Shown here in pieces: positions 10,300 through 20,434 of a stretch of 64,000 nt of DNA. A program made the translations under genes and the position numbers. The notes under the pieces were generated by a model that worked only from the letters and a program-made list of their open reading frames with translations, searched no databases and had not been told where the DNA came from. Source of the stretch: Escherichia phage vB_EcoM_DalCa. Where the stretch lies: sequence record NC_054908.1; one strand, written 5' to 3'. Numbering within the stretch: position 1 is the stretch's first letter; each line of letters starts with the position of its first letter.

Positions 10300-11715
10300 T
10301 TATGGATAGGTATAGATGATACCAGTTTCTAAAGCAGTTTTATGAATGATGTATCCATTACGCGATTCTTGGACATCAACTTCTGGATAGTCTTTAATCA
10401 TCTTCTGAAGAGTGTAACGATGCAGGTAGTATTTACTATCTGGGTCGTCAGTTTTCCAATCTTTACCTTCTTCGGTCATTTTTTGGATTTCATCCATAAC
10501 CCACCAACCGCACCAGATATAAGCTGAAGTACGATGTGGAAGAGGATGAACATAAGGTAGTTCACCTTCTGGTTCAATTGGAGTCCGTTCAGCAATAACA
10601 ACTTCAGCTGTTGAACTAATTGTCTTTGAAGTGTAATTATCTTTAGTTAATACTGCTTCAACTTTAATTGTATGAGTACCCGCTGAGGAGGTATCAATAC
10701 TATAAGTATTAGTAGAATTACTTTCTGCTACGTTGTCTTTCTTCCAAGAGTACACAATATTAGTATCACCAGGAGCACCAGTAACAGATGCTGTTAAAGT
10801 TGCAGTTCCACCAACAGTAGTATTAACTGATGGCGGAGATAAAGAAATGGTGGCACTATTAAATGTCGCATTATTAGTTACTACTGTTGCTTCTGCTGAA
10901 ATTTCTTTTGTAACATAATTTGTTGCAGAAACAGATGCGGTGCATTTAAGAGTTTTACTTCCGACTTCGGTCGGAGTGAATTTATACGTAGCAGAAGTTG
11001 CATCCGGAATATTACTGTCATCCATTGACCATTGGAATGTTATAGTAGCACCTGAAGGTGCACTAGAGACATTTGCAGTTAAAGTAATAGGAACACCAAA
11101 GACTGTAGTCGGAGACTCGGGTGTAATTTTTAGCGTCGAAGAATTAGCCTTTTTATTTACAGTCAAAGAAACCGCTGATGATTCTACTGTTTTATCAACG
11201 TAATCAGTTGCAGTCACTGTGACAGAGCAAGTTATAGACTTAGTTCCTTCAGTTGTTGGTGTATATTCAAAGGTTGATTGCTTTTGACCGTCAACATCGA
11301 CCCCGTCAACTTTCCATGTATAATCAATAGCAGCACCAATAGGTTGATTGCTTACATTAGCAGTGAATGTTGTTGCTGTTCCAATTTCTACTGCCGCAGG
11401 AGAAGCCGGAGTAACAGTGATAGTGGAATTATTTTCTTTCTTATTAACAGTGATAGTTGTTGATGCTTCAGCTATTTCCGGATCTCCTGCGGAAAGTGTA
11501 TTAGTTGCAACCACTTTAATTTTTTTTGTTCCTGCTGGAGAAGCAAGAGTATAATCCATTGTAGCAGCCGTAGAGCCCTGTGTTATATCATCTACAGTCC
11601 AGACGTATGTAATAGTACCGTCTGGGGTTTCACCTGCAGGTGTAGCAGTGAATGTTTGTGAACCTCCAATAACCCCTGTAGGAGTTAGAGGAGATAACGT
11701 GACAGTGAATGCCAT
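10300..11715 (-). CDS. hoc: Highly immunogenic outer capsid protein Hoc, four tandem Ig-like repeats plus C-terminal domain
   Basis: 471 aa; repeated ~95 aa units with T.TA...I.Y.W..D pattern; W-rich C-terminal domain; position next to inh. Confidence 0.85.
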   Translation of the reverse strand: MAFTVTLSPLTPTGVIGGSQTFTATPAGETPDGTITYVWTVDDITQGSTAATMDYTLASPAGTKKIKVVATNTLSAGDPEIAEASTTITVNKKENNSTITVTPASPAAVEIGTATTFTANVSNQPIGAAIDYTWKVDGVDVDGQKQSTFEYTPTTEGTKSITCSVTVTATDYVDKTVESSAVSLTVNKKANSSTLKITPESPTTVFGVPITLTANVSSAPSGATITFQWSMDDSNIPDATSATYKFTPTEVGSKTLKCTASVSATNYVTKEISAEATVVTNNATFNSATISLSPPSVNTTVGGTATLTASVTGAPGDTNIVYSWKKDNVAESNSTNTYSIDTSSAGTHTIKVEAVLTKDNYTSKTISSTAEVVIAERTPIEPEGELPYVHPLPHRTSAYIWCGWWVMDEIQKMTEEGKDWKTDDPDSKYYLHRYTLQKMIKDYPEVDVQESRNGYIIHKTALETGIIYTYP

Positions 11716-11724
11716 AAGTTATCC

Positions 11725-12405
11725 TTATTTTAATGTTATGAAAGAAGAATTACGAGTTTCGCGAATTAGAACTGATCCATCGCGATTAATATAATAAATT
11801 AAGCTAAATAATGTTTGGTGTGCTGACGCATGTTCAAAACTAGTTGGGTGAGATTTCCAATCCGGAGTTTCAGCAATCCATTGATAAATCCACCAAGGAA
11901 CAGTGCAGAATCCTGGATTTTTTCCAATCAGTTGAAGATTCGGACTAAAGTTTTCCGGAAGAGTAAATACAGACGGCTTTTCAGATTCAATAATCTCAGC
12001 TACAGCTTGTTCAAACTTTTCTTCAACAAACGGAGTGTCTTCAATCAAAACTGAGGTATTTTCAGGAATTTTATCCGTTTCTACTACTTCAATTTTAATG
12101 TCAGATTTAACCGGAGAATCAATCAAAAGTGCTGCTTCTGGATTGACTTCTTCATCGTCATATTTTAATCCCTCTGCGGCATCAGCAGCATCAATTAAGT
12201 CTTTAATAGATAACCCATCAGTCTCCGGCATAGGTTCACTAGCGAGCTTCTGGAGGGCTTCTTCAATATCAACAACGATATTATCAAAAGATTTATTCTT
12301 TTTGACCTTTATACCAAACTGTTCAGCATATTCAGCTAATTTAGCTTTAGCTTCTTTGTTATCATCAAGAGCCTTCAGCTCTGCAATATAATCTTTATCT
12401 ATCAT
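11725..12405 (-). CDS. inh: Inh, inhibitor of prohead protease gp21
   Basis: 226 aa, same length as T4 Inh; between hoc and uvsW. Confidence 0.75.
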   Translation of the reverse strand: MIDKDYIAELKALDDNKEAKAKLAEYAEQFGIKVKKNKSFDNIVVDIEEALQKLASEPMPETDGLSIKDLIDAADAAEGLKYDDEEVNPEAALLIDSPVKSDIKIEVVETDKIPENTSVLIEDTPFVEEKFEQAVAEIIESEKPSVFTLPENFSPNLQLIGKNPGFCTVPWWIYQWIAETPDWKSHPTSFEHASAHQTLFSLIYYINRDGSVLIRETRNSSFITLK

Positions 12406-12418
12406 AATATTTCCTCAG

Positions 12419-12426
12419 TATAAATA
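12419..12426 (+). promoter_or_regulatory. Late promoter box TATAAATA for uvsW
   Basis: Exact TATAAATA 30 bp upstream of the uvsW ATG in the divergent inh/uvsW spacer. Confidence 0.55.
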
Positions 12427-12455
12427 TAGATATATTTATTACATGGTATTTAGAC

Positions 12456-13967
12456 ATGACTGACATTAAAGTACATTTTTATGATTTTAGTCACGTGAGA
12501 ATTGATTGTGAAGAAAGTACATTTCATGAACTCCGTGATTTCTTTAGCTTTGAAGCTGATGGGTATCGTTTTAATCCGAAGTACAGATATGGCCACTGGG
12601 ATGGACGAATCCGTCTGTTAGATTATAATCGTCTTCTTCCATTCGGCTTAGTCGGGCAAATTAAAAAGTTCTGCGATAACTTTGGCTATAAAGCCTGGAT
12701 TGACCCACAGATTAACGAAAAAGAAGAATTATCAAGAAAAGATTTTGATGAATGGCTTTCTAAATTAGAAATCTATTCAGGAAATAAAAGAATTGAACCA
12801 CATTGGTATCAAAAAGATGCAGTGTTCGAAGGATTAGTTAATCGTCGTAGAATTCTTAATCTTCCAACATCCGCAGGTAAATCTTTAATTCAAGCTCTGC
12901 TTGCTCGGTATTATTTGGAAAATTATGAAGGCAAAATTCTTATTATTGTTCCAACAACTGCTCTGACAACTCAGATGGCTGATGACTTTGTTGACTATCG
13001 TTTATTCAGTCATGCAATGATAAAGAAAATCGGTGGTGGAGCATCAAAAGATGATAAATATAAAAATGATGCACCAGTCGTTGTTGGTACATGGCAAACT
13101 GTAGTAAAACAACCGAAAGAATGGTTCTCACAGTTTGGAATGATGATGAATGATGAATGCCATCTTGCTACAGGAAAAAGTATTTCATCTATCATATCAG
13201 GTTTAAATAACTGCATGTTCAAATTTGGTCTATCTGGTTCATTACGTGATGGCAAAGCCAATATCATGCAGTATGTTGGAATGTTTGGTGAAATATTTAA
13301 GCCAGTAACGACTTCTAAGTTAATGGAAGATGGACAAGTAACTGAGCTAAAAATTAATAGTATTTTTCTTCGCTATCCCGATGAGTTCACTACTAAATTA
13401 AAGGGAAAAACTTATCAAGAAGAAATAAAAATTATTACGGGGCTTAGTAAAAGAAATAAATGGATCGCTAAATTGGCTATTAAGCTTGCACAAAAAGATG
13501 AAAACGCTTTTGTCATGTTTAAACATGTATCACATGGTAAAGCTATTTTCGATTTAATTAAAAATGAATACGATAAAGTTTATTACGTATCAGGGGAAGT
13601 TGATACCGAAACCCGCAACGTAATGAAAACCTTAGCTGAAAATGGTAAAGGAATAATTATAGTAGCTAGTTATGGTGTATTTTCTACTGGTATTTCAGTT
13701 AAAAATCTGCATCACGTTGTTTTAGCGCACGGTGTTAAATCAAAAATCATTGTATTACAAACAATCGGTCGTGTATTACGTAAGCATGGTTCTAAAACAA
13801 TCGCAACAGTCTGGGACCTCATAGATGACTGTGGTGTCAAGCCAAAATCTGCTAATACTAAAAAGAAATATGTTCACTTGAACTATCTTTTAAAACACGG
13901 CATTGATCGTATTCAGCGCTACGCAGATGAAAAATTTAATTACGTAATGAAAACAGTTAATTTATAA
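12456..13967 (+). CDS. uvsW: UvsW DNA/RNA helicase
   Basis: 503 aa; Walker A-like PTSAGKS, DECH box; TATAAATA about 30 bp upstream. Confidence 0.9.
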   Translation: MTDIKVHFYDFSHVRIDCEESTFHELRDFFSFEADGYRFNPKYRYGHWDGRIRLLDYNRLLPFGLVGQIKKFCDNFGYKAWIDPQINEKEELSRKDFDEWLSKLEIYSGNKRIEPHWYQKDAVFEGLVNRRRILNLPTSAGKSLIQALLARYYLENYEGKILIIVPTTALTTQMADDFVDYRLFSHAMIKKIGGGASKDDKYKNDAPVVVGTWQTVVKQPKEWFSQFGMMMNDECHLATGKSISSIISGLNNCMFKFGLSGSLRDGKANIMQYVGMFGEIFKPVTTSKLMEDGQVTELKINSIFLRYPDEFTTKLKGKTYQEEIKIITGLSKRNKWIAKLAIKLAQKDENAFVMFKHVSHGKAIFDLIKNEYDKVYYVSGEVDTETRNVMKTLAENGKGIIIVASYGVFSTGISVKNLHHVVLAHGVKSKIIVLQTIGRVLRKHGSKTIATVWDLIDDCGVKPKSANTKKKYVHLNYLLKHGIDRIQRYADEKFNYVMKTVNL

Positions 13968-13969
13968 GG

Positions 13970-13981
13970 GCTTCGGCCCTT
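13970..13981 (+). terminator. Short hairpin between uvsW and uvsW.1 (GGGC-ttcg-GCCC)
   Basis: Tetraloop hairpin followed by TTT; possibly attenuating. Confidence 0.35.
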
Positions 13982-13992
13982 TGGAGAAAAAG

Positions 13993-14223
13993 ATGTTACT
14001 AGAATTTAAACAATTTCTTTATGAAGCTTCTATTGATGAATTTATGGGTAAAATTGCCTCTTGTCAAACATTAGAAGGTTTAGAAGAGCTTGAAGCTTAT
14101 TATAAGAAAAGAGTTAAAGAAACTGAATTAAAAGATACTGATGACATCTCAGTCAGAGATGCTTTGGCAGGAAAAAGAGCTGAATTAGAAGATTCAGACG
14201 ATGAAGTAGAAGAAAGCTTTTAA
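13993..14223 (+). CDS. uvsW.1: UvsW.1 small acidic protein
   Basis: 76 aa from ATG 13993 with GGAG RBS; separate frame just after uvsW. Confidence 0.75.
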   Translation: MLLEFKQFLYEASIDEFMGKIASCQTLEGLEELEAYYKKRVKETELKDTDDISVRDALAGKRAELEDSDDEVEESF

Positions 14224-14278
14224 ATTAAAAAAGGCCCAACCAAAAAGGAAGGGCCAAAACTATAGACTAAAGGTCACA

Positions 14279-14446
14279 CTATAGCAAAAGTTGTGTTTCA
14301 TTTAATTGTTCTTCCGAACTTTCTGAAACTGGTAGTTCTTTAATGTAATTATAGCAAGGCCCAGGATGTACAGGACCTTTGTCTGTTTCAACAACCAATG
14401 CAGAATCGATTGGAGTTTTACAGACAACACAAATCTTATCTGACAT
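14279..14446 (-). CDS. Small Cys-containing protein (55 aa, MSDKICVVCKTPIDS...) not in ORF track
   Basis: ATG with GAGGAGA RBS 6 nt upstream; co-oriented with the uvsY cluster; C-x2-C ... H-x3-C spacing. Confidence 0.45.
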   Translation of the reverse strand: MSDKICVVCKTPIDSALVVETDKGPVHPGPCYNYIKELPVSESSEEQLNETQLLL

Positions 14447-14474
14447 GATTGTCTCCTCTGAATTATATATCTAT

Positions 14475-14699
14475 TTATACAACTCTCATATGCATATCAA
14501 TGCCCATATCTTTAGAATAAAAATATTCATCAAGATATCCGGCAAATTTTCCTTTAATATAAAGAACATCTTCACCGCACGGGTGGTCGGCCAGGATACG
14601 AATATCCTGACGCTTAAGATTATGCTTTTTCATTAAGAATTGAATTTCCGTTTCAAATTCTTCTTCATAATTAAAAGCATCATCAATGCTATATCTCAT
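14475..14699 (-). CDS. Hypothetical protein immediately downstream of uvsY
   Basis: 74 aa ORF whose start overlaps the uvsY stop (coupled). Confidence 0.6.
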   Translation of the reverse strand: MRYSIDDAFNYEEEFETEIQFLMKKHNLKRQDIRILADHPCGEDVLYIKGKFAGYLDEYFYSKDMGIDMHMRVV

Positions 14700-15112
14700 T
14701 ATTTTCCAGCCTCAAATGCTCGCATGTCTTGAATATGCTTAATAGCAAATCCACGTGATTTAATAGCATCAAGAGCTCCGCTACAGAAATCTAATAAAAT
14801 CCCCCAATACTGTAACGAGGTATCAACCTTTAAAACATCCTTATCAGCTGATAGAACTGTCTTCATTTCTGATTTCTCGTAACGATCCATACTAAATTCA
14901 TCACCATCTCCTCGTCCCGAGTAGTAGTCTAATTTAGCTTTAAGAGCAACTTTTTTCTGTGCATCAATTCTAAGCATTTCCTTTTTAATACTTGAATGCT
15001 TATTAAGCCATTTACTATATAACATCACATTATTAGCTGCTTCATACTGTAATTTAGTCGAATCTATAAATACATCTTTCTTCAATTCTTCTTGAAGATC
15101 TTCTAATCTCAT
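14699..15112 (-). CDS. uvsY: UvsY recombination mediator
   Basis: 137 aa, same length as T4 UvsY; MotA-box middle promoter upstream. Confidence 0.9.
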   Translation of the reverse strand: MRLEDLQEELKKDVFIDSTKLQYEAANNVMLYSKWLNKHSSIKKEMLRIDAQKKVALKAKLDYYSGRGDGDEFSMDRYEKSEMKTVLSADKDVLKVDTSLQYWGILLDFCSGALDAIKSRGFAIKHIQDMRAFEAGK

Positions 15113-15152
15113 ATTGTTCTCTATTCAATTGTTATTGGATGGACTTAGATTC

Positions 15153-15179
15153 ATTATACCACGTTTTAACGTGAAGCAT
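15153..15179 (-). promoter_or_regulatory. MotA-dependent middle promoter for uvsY (MotA box ATGCTTCAC, 12 nt, TATAAT)
   Basis: TGCTT core of the MotA box consensus about 12 bp upstream of an extended -10 (TGgTATAAT), 40 bp before uvsY. Confidence 0.55.
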
Positions 15180-15577
15180 TATACTCTATTACTGGAAGCC
15201 AATTGCAGTTTTATCTGCTCAATATCATCAGGGTTATCGATGACCGAACAGCGTATTTCTACTATCAGAGTATAATCATCATAAACTGGTATCACATTAA
15301 CTGCTAATTTATCAATACGTGGCTCATAGTTTCTTACTGCGCTTTCGATATTGCGCTCAACTGTGTCAGCAGTAAGAGGAGTCATATTTTCAAAAAGCTG
15401 GTCTGATAAATCACATCCAAATTCAGGGTCAAACGGTCTTGAACCTTTTCTTGTTGTAATAATTCCCAAAAGACTGTTTTTAATTGACCTTAATCCAAGC
15501 GATCTGGAAACATCTTTGTTCCAATCCATTTTCATTTCTGGGTCAATGTCAGAATAAAGCTTATTAATATTTGCCAT
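15179..15577 (-). CDS. 25: Baseplate wedge protein gp25
   Basis: 132 aa, same length as T4 gp25; coupled to gp26 upstream. Confidence 0.9.
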   Translation of the reverse strand: MANINKLYSDIDPEMKMDWNKDVSRSLGLRSIKNSLLGIITTRKGSRPFDPEFGCDLSDQLFENMTPLTADTVERNIESAVRNYEPRIDKLAVNVIPVYDDYTLIVEIRCSVIDNPDDIEQIKLQLASSNRV

Positions 15578-16203
15578 TATAGTAACTCAAAGAACTCTTT
15601 GAGGCCTCTTATTACATGAGCATGGGTTTTTCCACACTCTGGACACTTAATTGGAACAGCCAAATAAACGGTAGGTTTTAAAAGCATATCTTTTATAGCT
15701 ACAATATCTGACTCTGTGATGATAGAATATAAATCTTCTAGTTCCTTTTCATTTAAGTCTTCAACTGGAATGCTTTCCCCGTTAGCATGAATCGTTTCTA
15801 TGCATGATACTATCATGTGGGCTATATTTTTATCATCAAAAATTTTAGGGTATTGGAATTTAATTTTAATGTCACCCAGTGTATACCAGAGGTCTTCTGG
15901 TGCATCTATTTGTGTATGTAATAGATTTATATGGGTTGGTATTTCAGTTCCACAGGTGCACTTCCAAGAGTTTTCGTGATTAACTTCACCAAGAGAATGC
16001 GCCCATAAATGAATCAGTAATAGTTCTGATTCTTGGCGGTTTAAATCTTTTGCATTTGTACAGTCTTTGATTAGCTTTTTAACAATCTCTTCTACTGAAC
16101 CATTCTTTTTAGCAGTAATAAGTTCTAGATATTCTTTAAGCGTGAATGCGCGACAATTGATTATTTTAGAACCAACTCTCACATCAAATTTGTATTCATA
16201 CAT
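15577..16203 (-). CDS. 26: Baseplate hub protein gp26
   Basis: 208 aa; divergent from gene 51 across an intergenic region with TATAAATA boxes on both strands. Confidence 0.85.
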   Translation of the reverse strand: MYEYKFDVRVGSKIINCRAFTLKEYLELITAKKNGSVEEIVKKLIKDCTNAKDLNRQESELLLIHLWAHSLGEVNHENSWKCTCGTEIPTHINLLHTQIDAPEDLWYTLGDIKIKFQYPKIFDDKNIAHMIVSCIETIHANGESIPVEDLNEKELEDLYSIITESDIVAIKDMLLKPTVYLAVPIKCPECGKTHAHVIRGLKEFFELL

Positions 16204-16225
16204 ATTTTAGCTCCTTTATTTATCA

Positions 16226-16237
16226 TATTTATAAATA
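16226..16237. promoter_or_regulatory. Divergent overlapping late promoter boxes for gene 51 (+) and gene 26 (-)
   Basis: TTTATAAATA reads as TATAAATA on both strands between the divergent genes 26 and 51. Confidence 0.5.
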
Positions 16238-16254
16238 GAATAAAAGGAGCATCT

Positions 16255-17004
16255 ATGGCAAACATTATTCGTTGTAAATTACCAGATGGTGTTCATCGTT
16301 TTAAACCATTTACGGTAGAAGATTATCGAGATTTTTTGTTAGTTCGAAACGATATAGAGCATCGGTCACCACAAGAACAAAAAGAAATAATTACTGATTT
16401 AATTGATGATTATTTTGGAGACTATCCGAAGACTTGGCAACCATTTATATTTTTGCAGGTATTTGTAGGGTCAATAGGTAAAACTAAAGTACCGGTCACA
16501 TTTGTATGTCCAAAATGTAAAAAAGAAAAGACAGTTCCATTTGAAATATACCAAAAAGAATTAAAGGAACCTGTTTTTGATGTAGCTAATGTTAAAATTA
16601 AATTAAAGTTTCCTTCTGAGTTTTATGAAAATAAAGCAAAGATGATTACTGAAAATATTCATTCTGTCCAAGTAGATGAAATATGGTATGATTGGAAGGA
16701 AATTAGCGAGTCCAGTCAAATAGAACTTGTTGACGCCATCGAGATAGAAACATTAGAAAAAATTCTCGATGCAATGAATCCTATTAATTTAACTCTACAT
16801 ATGTCATGCTGTAATAAGTATGTAAAAAAATACACTGATATAGTAGATGTGTTTAAGCTATTAGTTAATCCAGATGAGATATTTACTTTTTATCAAATTA
16901 ATCACACGCTTGTAAAAAGTAATTATAGCTTAAATTCAATAATGAAAATGATTCCTGCTGAGCGCGGATTCGTATTAAAACTGATTGAGAAGGATAAACA
17001 ATAA
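16255..17004 (+). CDS. 51: Baseplate hub assembly protein gp51
   Basis: 249 aa; late promoter upstream; order 51-27-28-29. Confidence 0.85.
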   Translation: MANIIRCKLPDGVHRFKPFTVEDYRDFLLVRNDIEHRSPQEQKEIITDLIDDYFGDYPKTWQPFIFLQVFVGSIGKTKVPVTFVCPKCKKEKTVPFEIYQKELKEPVFDVANVKIKLKFPSEFYENKAKMITENIHSVQVDEIWYDWKEISESSQIELVDAIEIETLEKILDAMNPINLTLHMSCCNKYVKKYTDIVDVFKLLVNPDEIFTFYQINHTLVKSNYSLNSIMKMIPAERGFVLKLIEKDKQ

Positions 17005-18176
17005 TGAGTATGTTGCAACGCCCCGGATATCCAAATCTCAGCGTTAAATTATTTGAGAGTTATGACGCTTGGAGTAATAATAGATTTGTTGAATTAGCTG
17101 CTACTATTACCACATTAACTATGCGGGATTCTCTTTATGGTCGAAATGAAGGAATGCTACAATTTTATGATTCTAAAAATATCCATACAAAAATGGATGG
17201 AAATGAAATAATTCAGATTTCTGTAGCTAATGCAAACGATATTAATAATGTTAAAACAAGAATTTATGGATGTAAGCATTTTTCTGTATCTGTAGATTCA
17301 AAAGGTGATAACATCATTGCTATTGAATTGGGAACTATTCATTCTATAGAAAATCTTAAATTTGGTAGACCATTTTTCCCTGATGCCGGTGAATCTATAA
17401 AGGAAATGCTTGGCGTAATTTATCAAGATCGTACATTATTAACTCCAGCGATAAATGCTATTAATGCTTATGTTCCTGATATTCCATGGACTAGCACATT
17501 TGAAAACTATTTGTCATATGTAAGAGAAGTTGCTCTAGCGGTAGGAAGCGATAAGTTCGTATTTGTATGGCAAGACATCATGGGAGTTAACATGATGGAC
17601 TATGATATGATGATAAATCAAGAACCATATCCAATGATTGTAGGTGAGCCAACTTTAATAGGTCAATTCGTCCAAGAATTGAAATATCCATTAGCATATG
17701 ATTTTGTTTGGTTGACTAAATCAAACCCGCATAAACGTGATCCAATGAAAAATGCTACTATCTATGCTCATTCATTTTTAGATTCTTCATTACCAATGAT
17801 TACTACAGGAAAGGGTGAAAACTCTATTGTAGTGTCAAGGTCAGGTGCTTATTCTGAAATGACTTATAGAAATGGATATGAAGAAGCTATTCGTCTTCAG
17901 ACTATGGCGCAATATGACGGCTATGCTAAATGTTCTACTGTCGGTAATTTTAACTTGACTCCTGGCGTTAAAATTATTTTTAATGATAGTAAAAACCAAT
18001 TTAAAACAGAATTTTACGTTGATGAAGTTATTCACGAATTATCAAATAATAATTCCGTAACTCATCTATATATGTTCACTAATGCAACGAAACTGGAAAC
18101 AATCGACCCAGTTAAGGTTAAAAATGAATTTAAAACTGATACTACCACTGAAGAAAGTAGTTCTTCCGATAAGTAA
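17004..18176 (+). CDS. 27: Baseplate hub protein gp27
   Basis: 390 aa; ATGA overlap with gp51 stop. Confidence 0.9.
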   Translation: MSMLQRPGYPNLSVKLFESYDAWSNNRFVELAATITTLTMRDSLYGRNEGMLQFYDSKNIHTKMDGNEIIQISVANANDINNVKTRIYGCKHFSVSVDSKGDNIIAIELGTIHSIENLKFGRPFFPDAGESIKEMLGVIYQDRTLLTPAINAINAYVPDIPWTSTFENYLSYVREVALAVGSDKFVFVWQDIMGVNMMDYDMMINQEPYPMIVGEPTLIGQFVQELKYPLAYDFVWLTKSNPHKRDPMKNATIYAHSFLDSSLPMITTGKGENSIVVSRSGAYSEMTYRNGYEEAIRLQTMAQYDGYAKCSTVGNFNLTPGVKIIFNDSKNQFKTEFYVDEVIHELSNNNSVTHLYMFTNATKLETIDPVKVKNEFKTDTTTEESSSSDK

Positions 18177-18657
18177 TAAAGAAGTTTCTATTCCTAAGAT
18201 GGGTCTTAAACATTATAACATTTTAAAAGATGTTAAAGGTCCTGATGAAAATTTAAAGCTTCTTATTGATTCTATTTGTCCAAATTTATCACCGGCAGAA
18301 GTTGATTTCGTTTCTATTCATTTATTGGAATTTAATGGAAAGATTAAATCTCGTAAAGAAATAGATGGCTATACTTATGACATTAATGATGTTTATGTAT
18401 GCCAAAGATTAGAATTTCAATACCAAGGAAATACATTTTATTTTAGACCTCCTGGAAAATTTGAACAATTTTTAACGGTGAGCGATATGTTATCTAAATG
18501 CTTGCTTAAGGTCAACGATGAAGTTAAAGAAATTAATTTTCTTGAGATGCCAGCATTCGTTTTAAAATGGGCAAATGATATTTTTACAACTTTAGCAATT
18601 CCTGGCCCTAATGGTCCAATAACTGGAATTGGCAATATTATTGGATTATTTGAATGA
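18124..18657 (+). CDS. 28: Baseplate hub distal subunit gp28 (177 aa from internal ATG)
   Basis: Track ORF begins at a TTG inside gp27; the ATG at 18124 gives 177 aa; overlaps gp27 3' end. Confidence 0.75.
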   Translation: MNLKLILPLKKVVLPISNKEVSIPKMGLKHYNILKDVKGPDENLKLLIDSICPNLSPAEVDFVSIHLLEFNGKIKSRKEIDGYTYDINDVYVCQRLEFQYQGNTFYFRPPGKFEQFLTVSDMLSKCLLKVNDEVKEINFLEMPAFVLKWANDIFTTLAIPGPNGPITGIGNIIGLFE

Positions 18658-20426
18658 AAAAGCCACAAGAAATGCAAACGATGCGTAGAAAAGTTATTTC
18701 AGATAATAAACCAACACAGGAAGCGGCTAAATCCGCTTCCAATACTTTATCTGGACTTAATGACATTTCTACAAAATTGGATGATGCTCAAGCTGCTTCT
18801 GAATTAATAGCTCAAACCGTTGAAGAAAAATCGAATGAAATAATTGGAGCAATTGACAATGTAGAAAGCGCAGTGAGTGATACTACTGCTGGTTCTGAGT
18901 TAATTGCTGAAACTGTAGAAATTGGCAACAATATTAATAAAGAAATCGGTGAATCACTCGGAAGTAAATTAGATAAATTAACGAGTTTACTAGAACAAAA
19001 AATTCAAACAGCTGGAATTCAACAGACAGGAACCAGCTTAGCTGTAGTCGAAAGTGCTATTCCCGTTAAAGTTGTTGAGGATGATACAGCTGAATTTGTT
19101 GGTCCATTATTACCAGCTCCTGAAGCAGTTAATAATGATCCTGACGCTGATTTTTTCCCTGCCCCTCAACCAGTTGAACCTAAGCGAGAGTCACCGGAAG
19201 AAAAACAGAAAAAAGAAGCATTTAATTTAAAATTATCTCAAGCTTTAGATAAATTAACAAAGACTGTTGATTTTGGATTTAAAAAATCCATTTCAATTAC
19301 TGATAAAATATCAAGCATGCTATTTAAGTATACTGTCAGTGCTGCTATTGAAGCTGCTAAAATGGTTGCATTAATAATGGCTGTTGTTATTGGAATAGAC
19401 CTACTGATGGTTCATTTTAAATATTGGTCAGATAAATTTTCAAAAGCCTGGGATTTGTTTAGCACTGATTTTAAAACTTTTTCAAGCGAAACCGGAACTT
19501 GGGGTCCTTTATTACAGAGCATCTTTGAATCTATTGATGAAATTAAAAAGTTCTGGGAAGCGGGAGATTGGGGCGGTTTGACGGTAGCTATTGTAGAAGG
19601 GCTTGGAAAGGTTCTTTATAATTTAGGAGAACTTATTCAGCTTGGAATGGCTAAATTATCAGCAGCAATTCTTCGAGTTATTCCTGGTATGAAAGATACT
19701 GCTGACGAAGTAGAAGGAAGAGCGCTGGAAAATTTCCAAAATTCTACTGGAGCATCTCTCAATAAAGAAGACCAGGAAAAAGTTGCGAATTATCAAGATA
19801 AACGAATGAATGGAGACCTTGGTCCGATAGCAGAAGGACTAGACAAAATTGCGAACTGGAAAACTCGTGCATCTAACTGGATTCGTGGTGTTGATAATAA
19901 AGAAGCATTGACAACTGATGAAGAACGCGCAGCAGAAGAAGAAAAATTAAAGCAGCTTTCACCAGAAGAAAGAAAAAATGCTTTAATGAAGGCTAATGAA
20001 GCCCGTGCCGCGATGATTCGTTTTGAAAAATATGCTGATTCAGCTGATATGAGTAAAGACTCAACAGTTAAATCAATTGAAGCCGCTCATGAAGACCTTA
20101 AAAAACGGATGAATGACCCGGATTTAAATAATTCACCTGCAGTTAAAAAGGAGCTTGCTTCTAGATTTGCTAAAATTGATGCTACTTATCAAGAGCTTAA
20201 GAAAAATCAACCTGAGGCCAAACCTGAAACTTCTGCTAAATCGCCAGAAGCAAAACAAGTCCAGGTAATAGAAAAGAACAAAGCACAGCAAGCTCCTGTT
20301 CAACAAGCATCTCCTTCAATCAATAATACTAATAATGTTATTAAGAAAAATACTGTCGTTCATAATATGACACCCGTAACGAGCACAACTGCTCCTGGTG
20401 TATTTGGCGCGACTGGAGTTAATTAA
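18654..20426 (+). CDS. 29: Tail tape-measure / baseplate hub protein gp29
   Basis: 590 aa; ATGA overlap with gp28; order 28-29-48-54. Confidence 0.9.
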   Translation: MKKPQEMQTMRRKVISDNKPTQEAAKSASNTLSGLNDISTKLDDAQAASELIAQTVEEKSNEIIGAIDNVESAVSDTTAGSELIAETVEIGNNINKEIGESLGSKLDKLTSLLEQKIQTAGIQQTGTSLAVVESAIPVKVVEDDTAEFVGPLLPAPEAVNNDPDADFFPAPQPVEPKRESPEEKQKKEAFNLKLSQALDKLTKTVDFGFKKSISITDKISSMLFKYTVSAAIEAAKMVALIMAVVIGIDLLMVHFKYWSDKFSKAWDLFSTDFKTFSSETGTWGPLLQSIFESIDEIKKFWEAGDWGGLTVAIVEGLGKVLYNLGELIQLGMAKLSAAILRVIPGMKDTADEVEGRALENFQNSTGASLNKEDQEKVANYQDKRMNGDLGPIAEGLDKIANWKTRASNWIRGVDNKEALTTDEERAAEEEKLKQLSPEERKNALMKANEARAAMIRFEKYADSADMSKDSTVKSIEAAHEDLKKRMNDPDLNNSPAVKKELASRFAKIDATYQELKKNQPEAKPETSAKSPEAKQVQVIEKNKAQQAPVQQASPSINNTNNVIKKNTVVHNMTPVTSTTAPGVFGATGVN

Positions 20427-20434
20427 GGAATAAT

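Noticed and set aside
14379-14636. 85 aa plus-strand ORF (TTG start) in the uvsY-downstream region
   Set aside because: Antisense to two co-oriented minus-strand ORFs that have proper ATG starts and Shine-Dalgarno sequences; low-complexity I/F/K-rich product.
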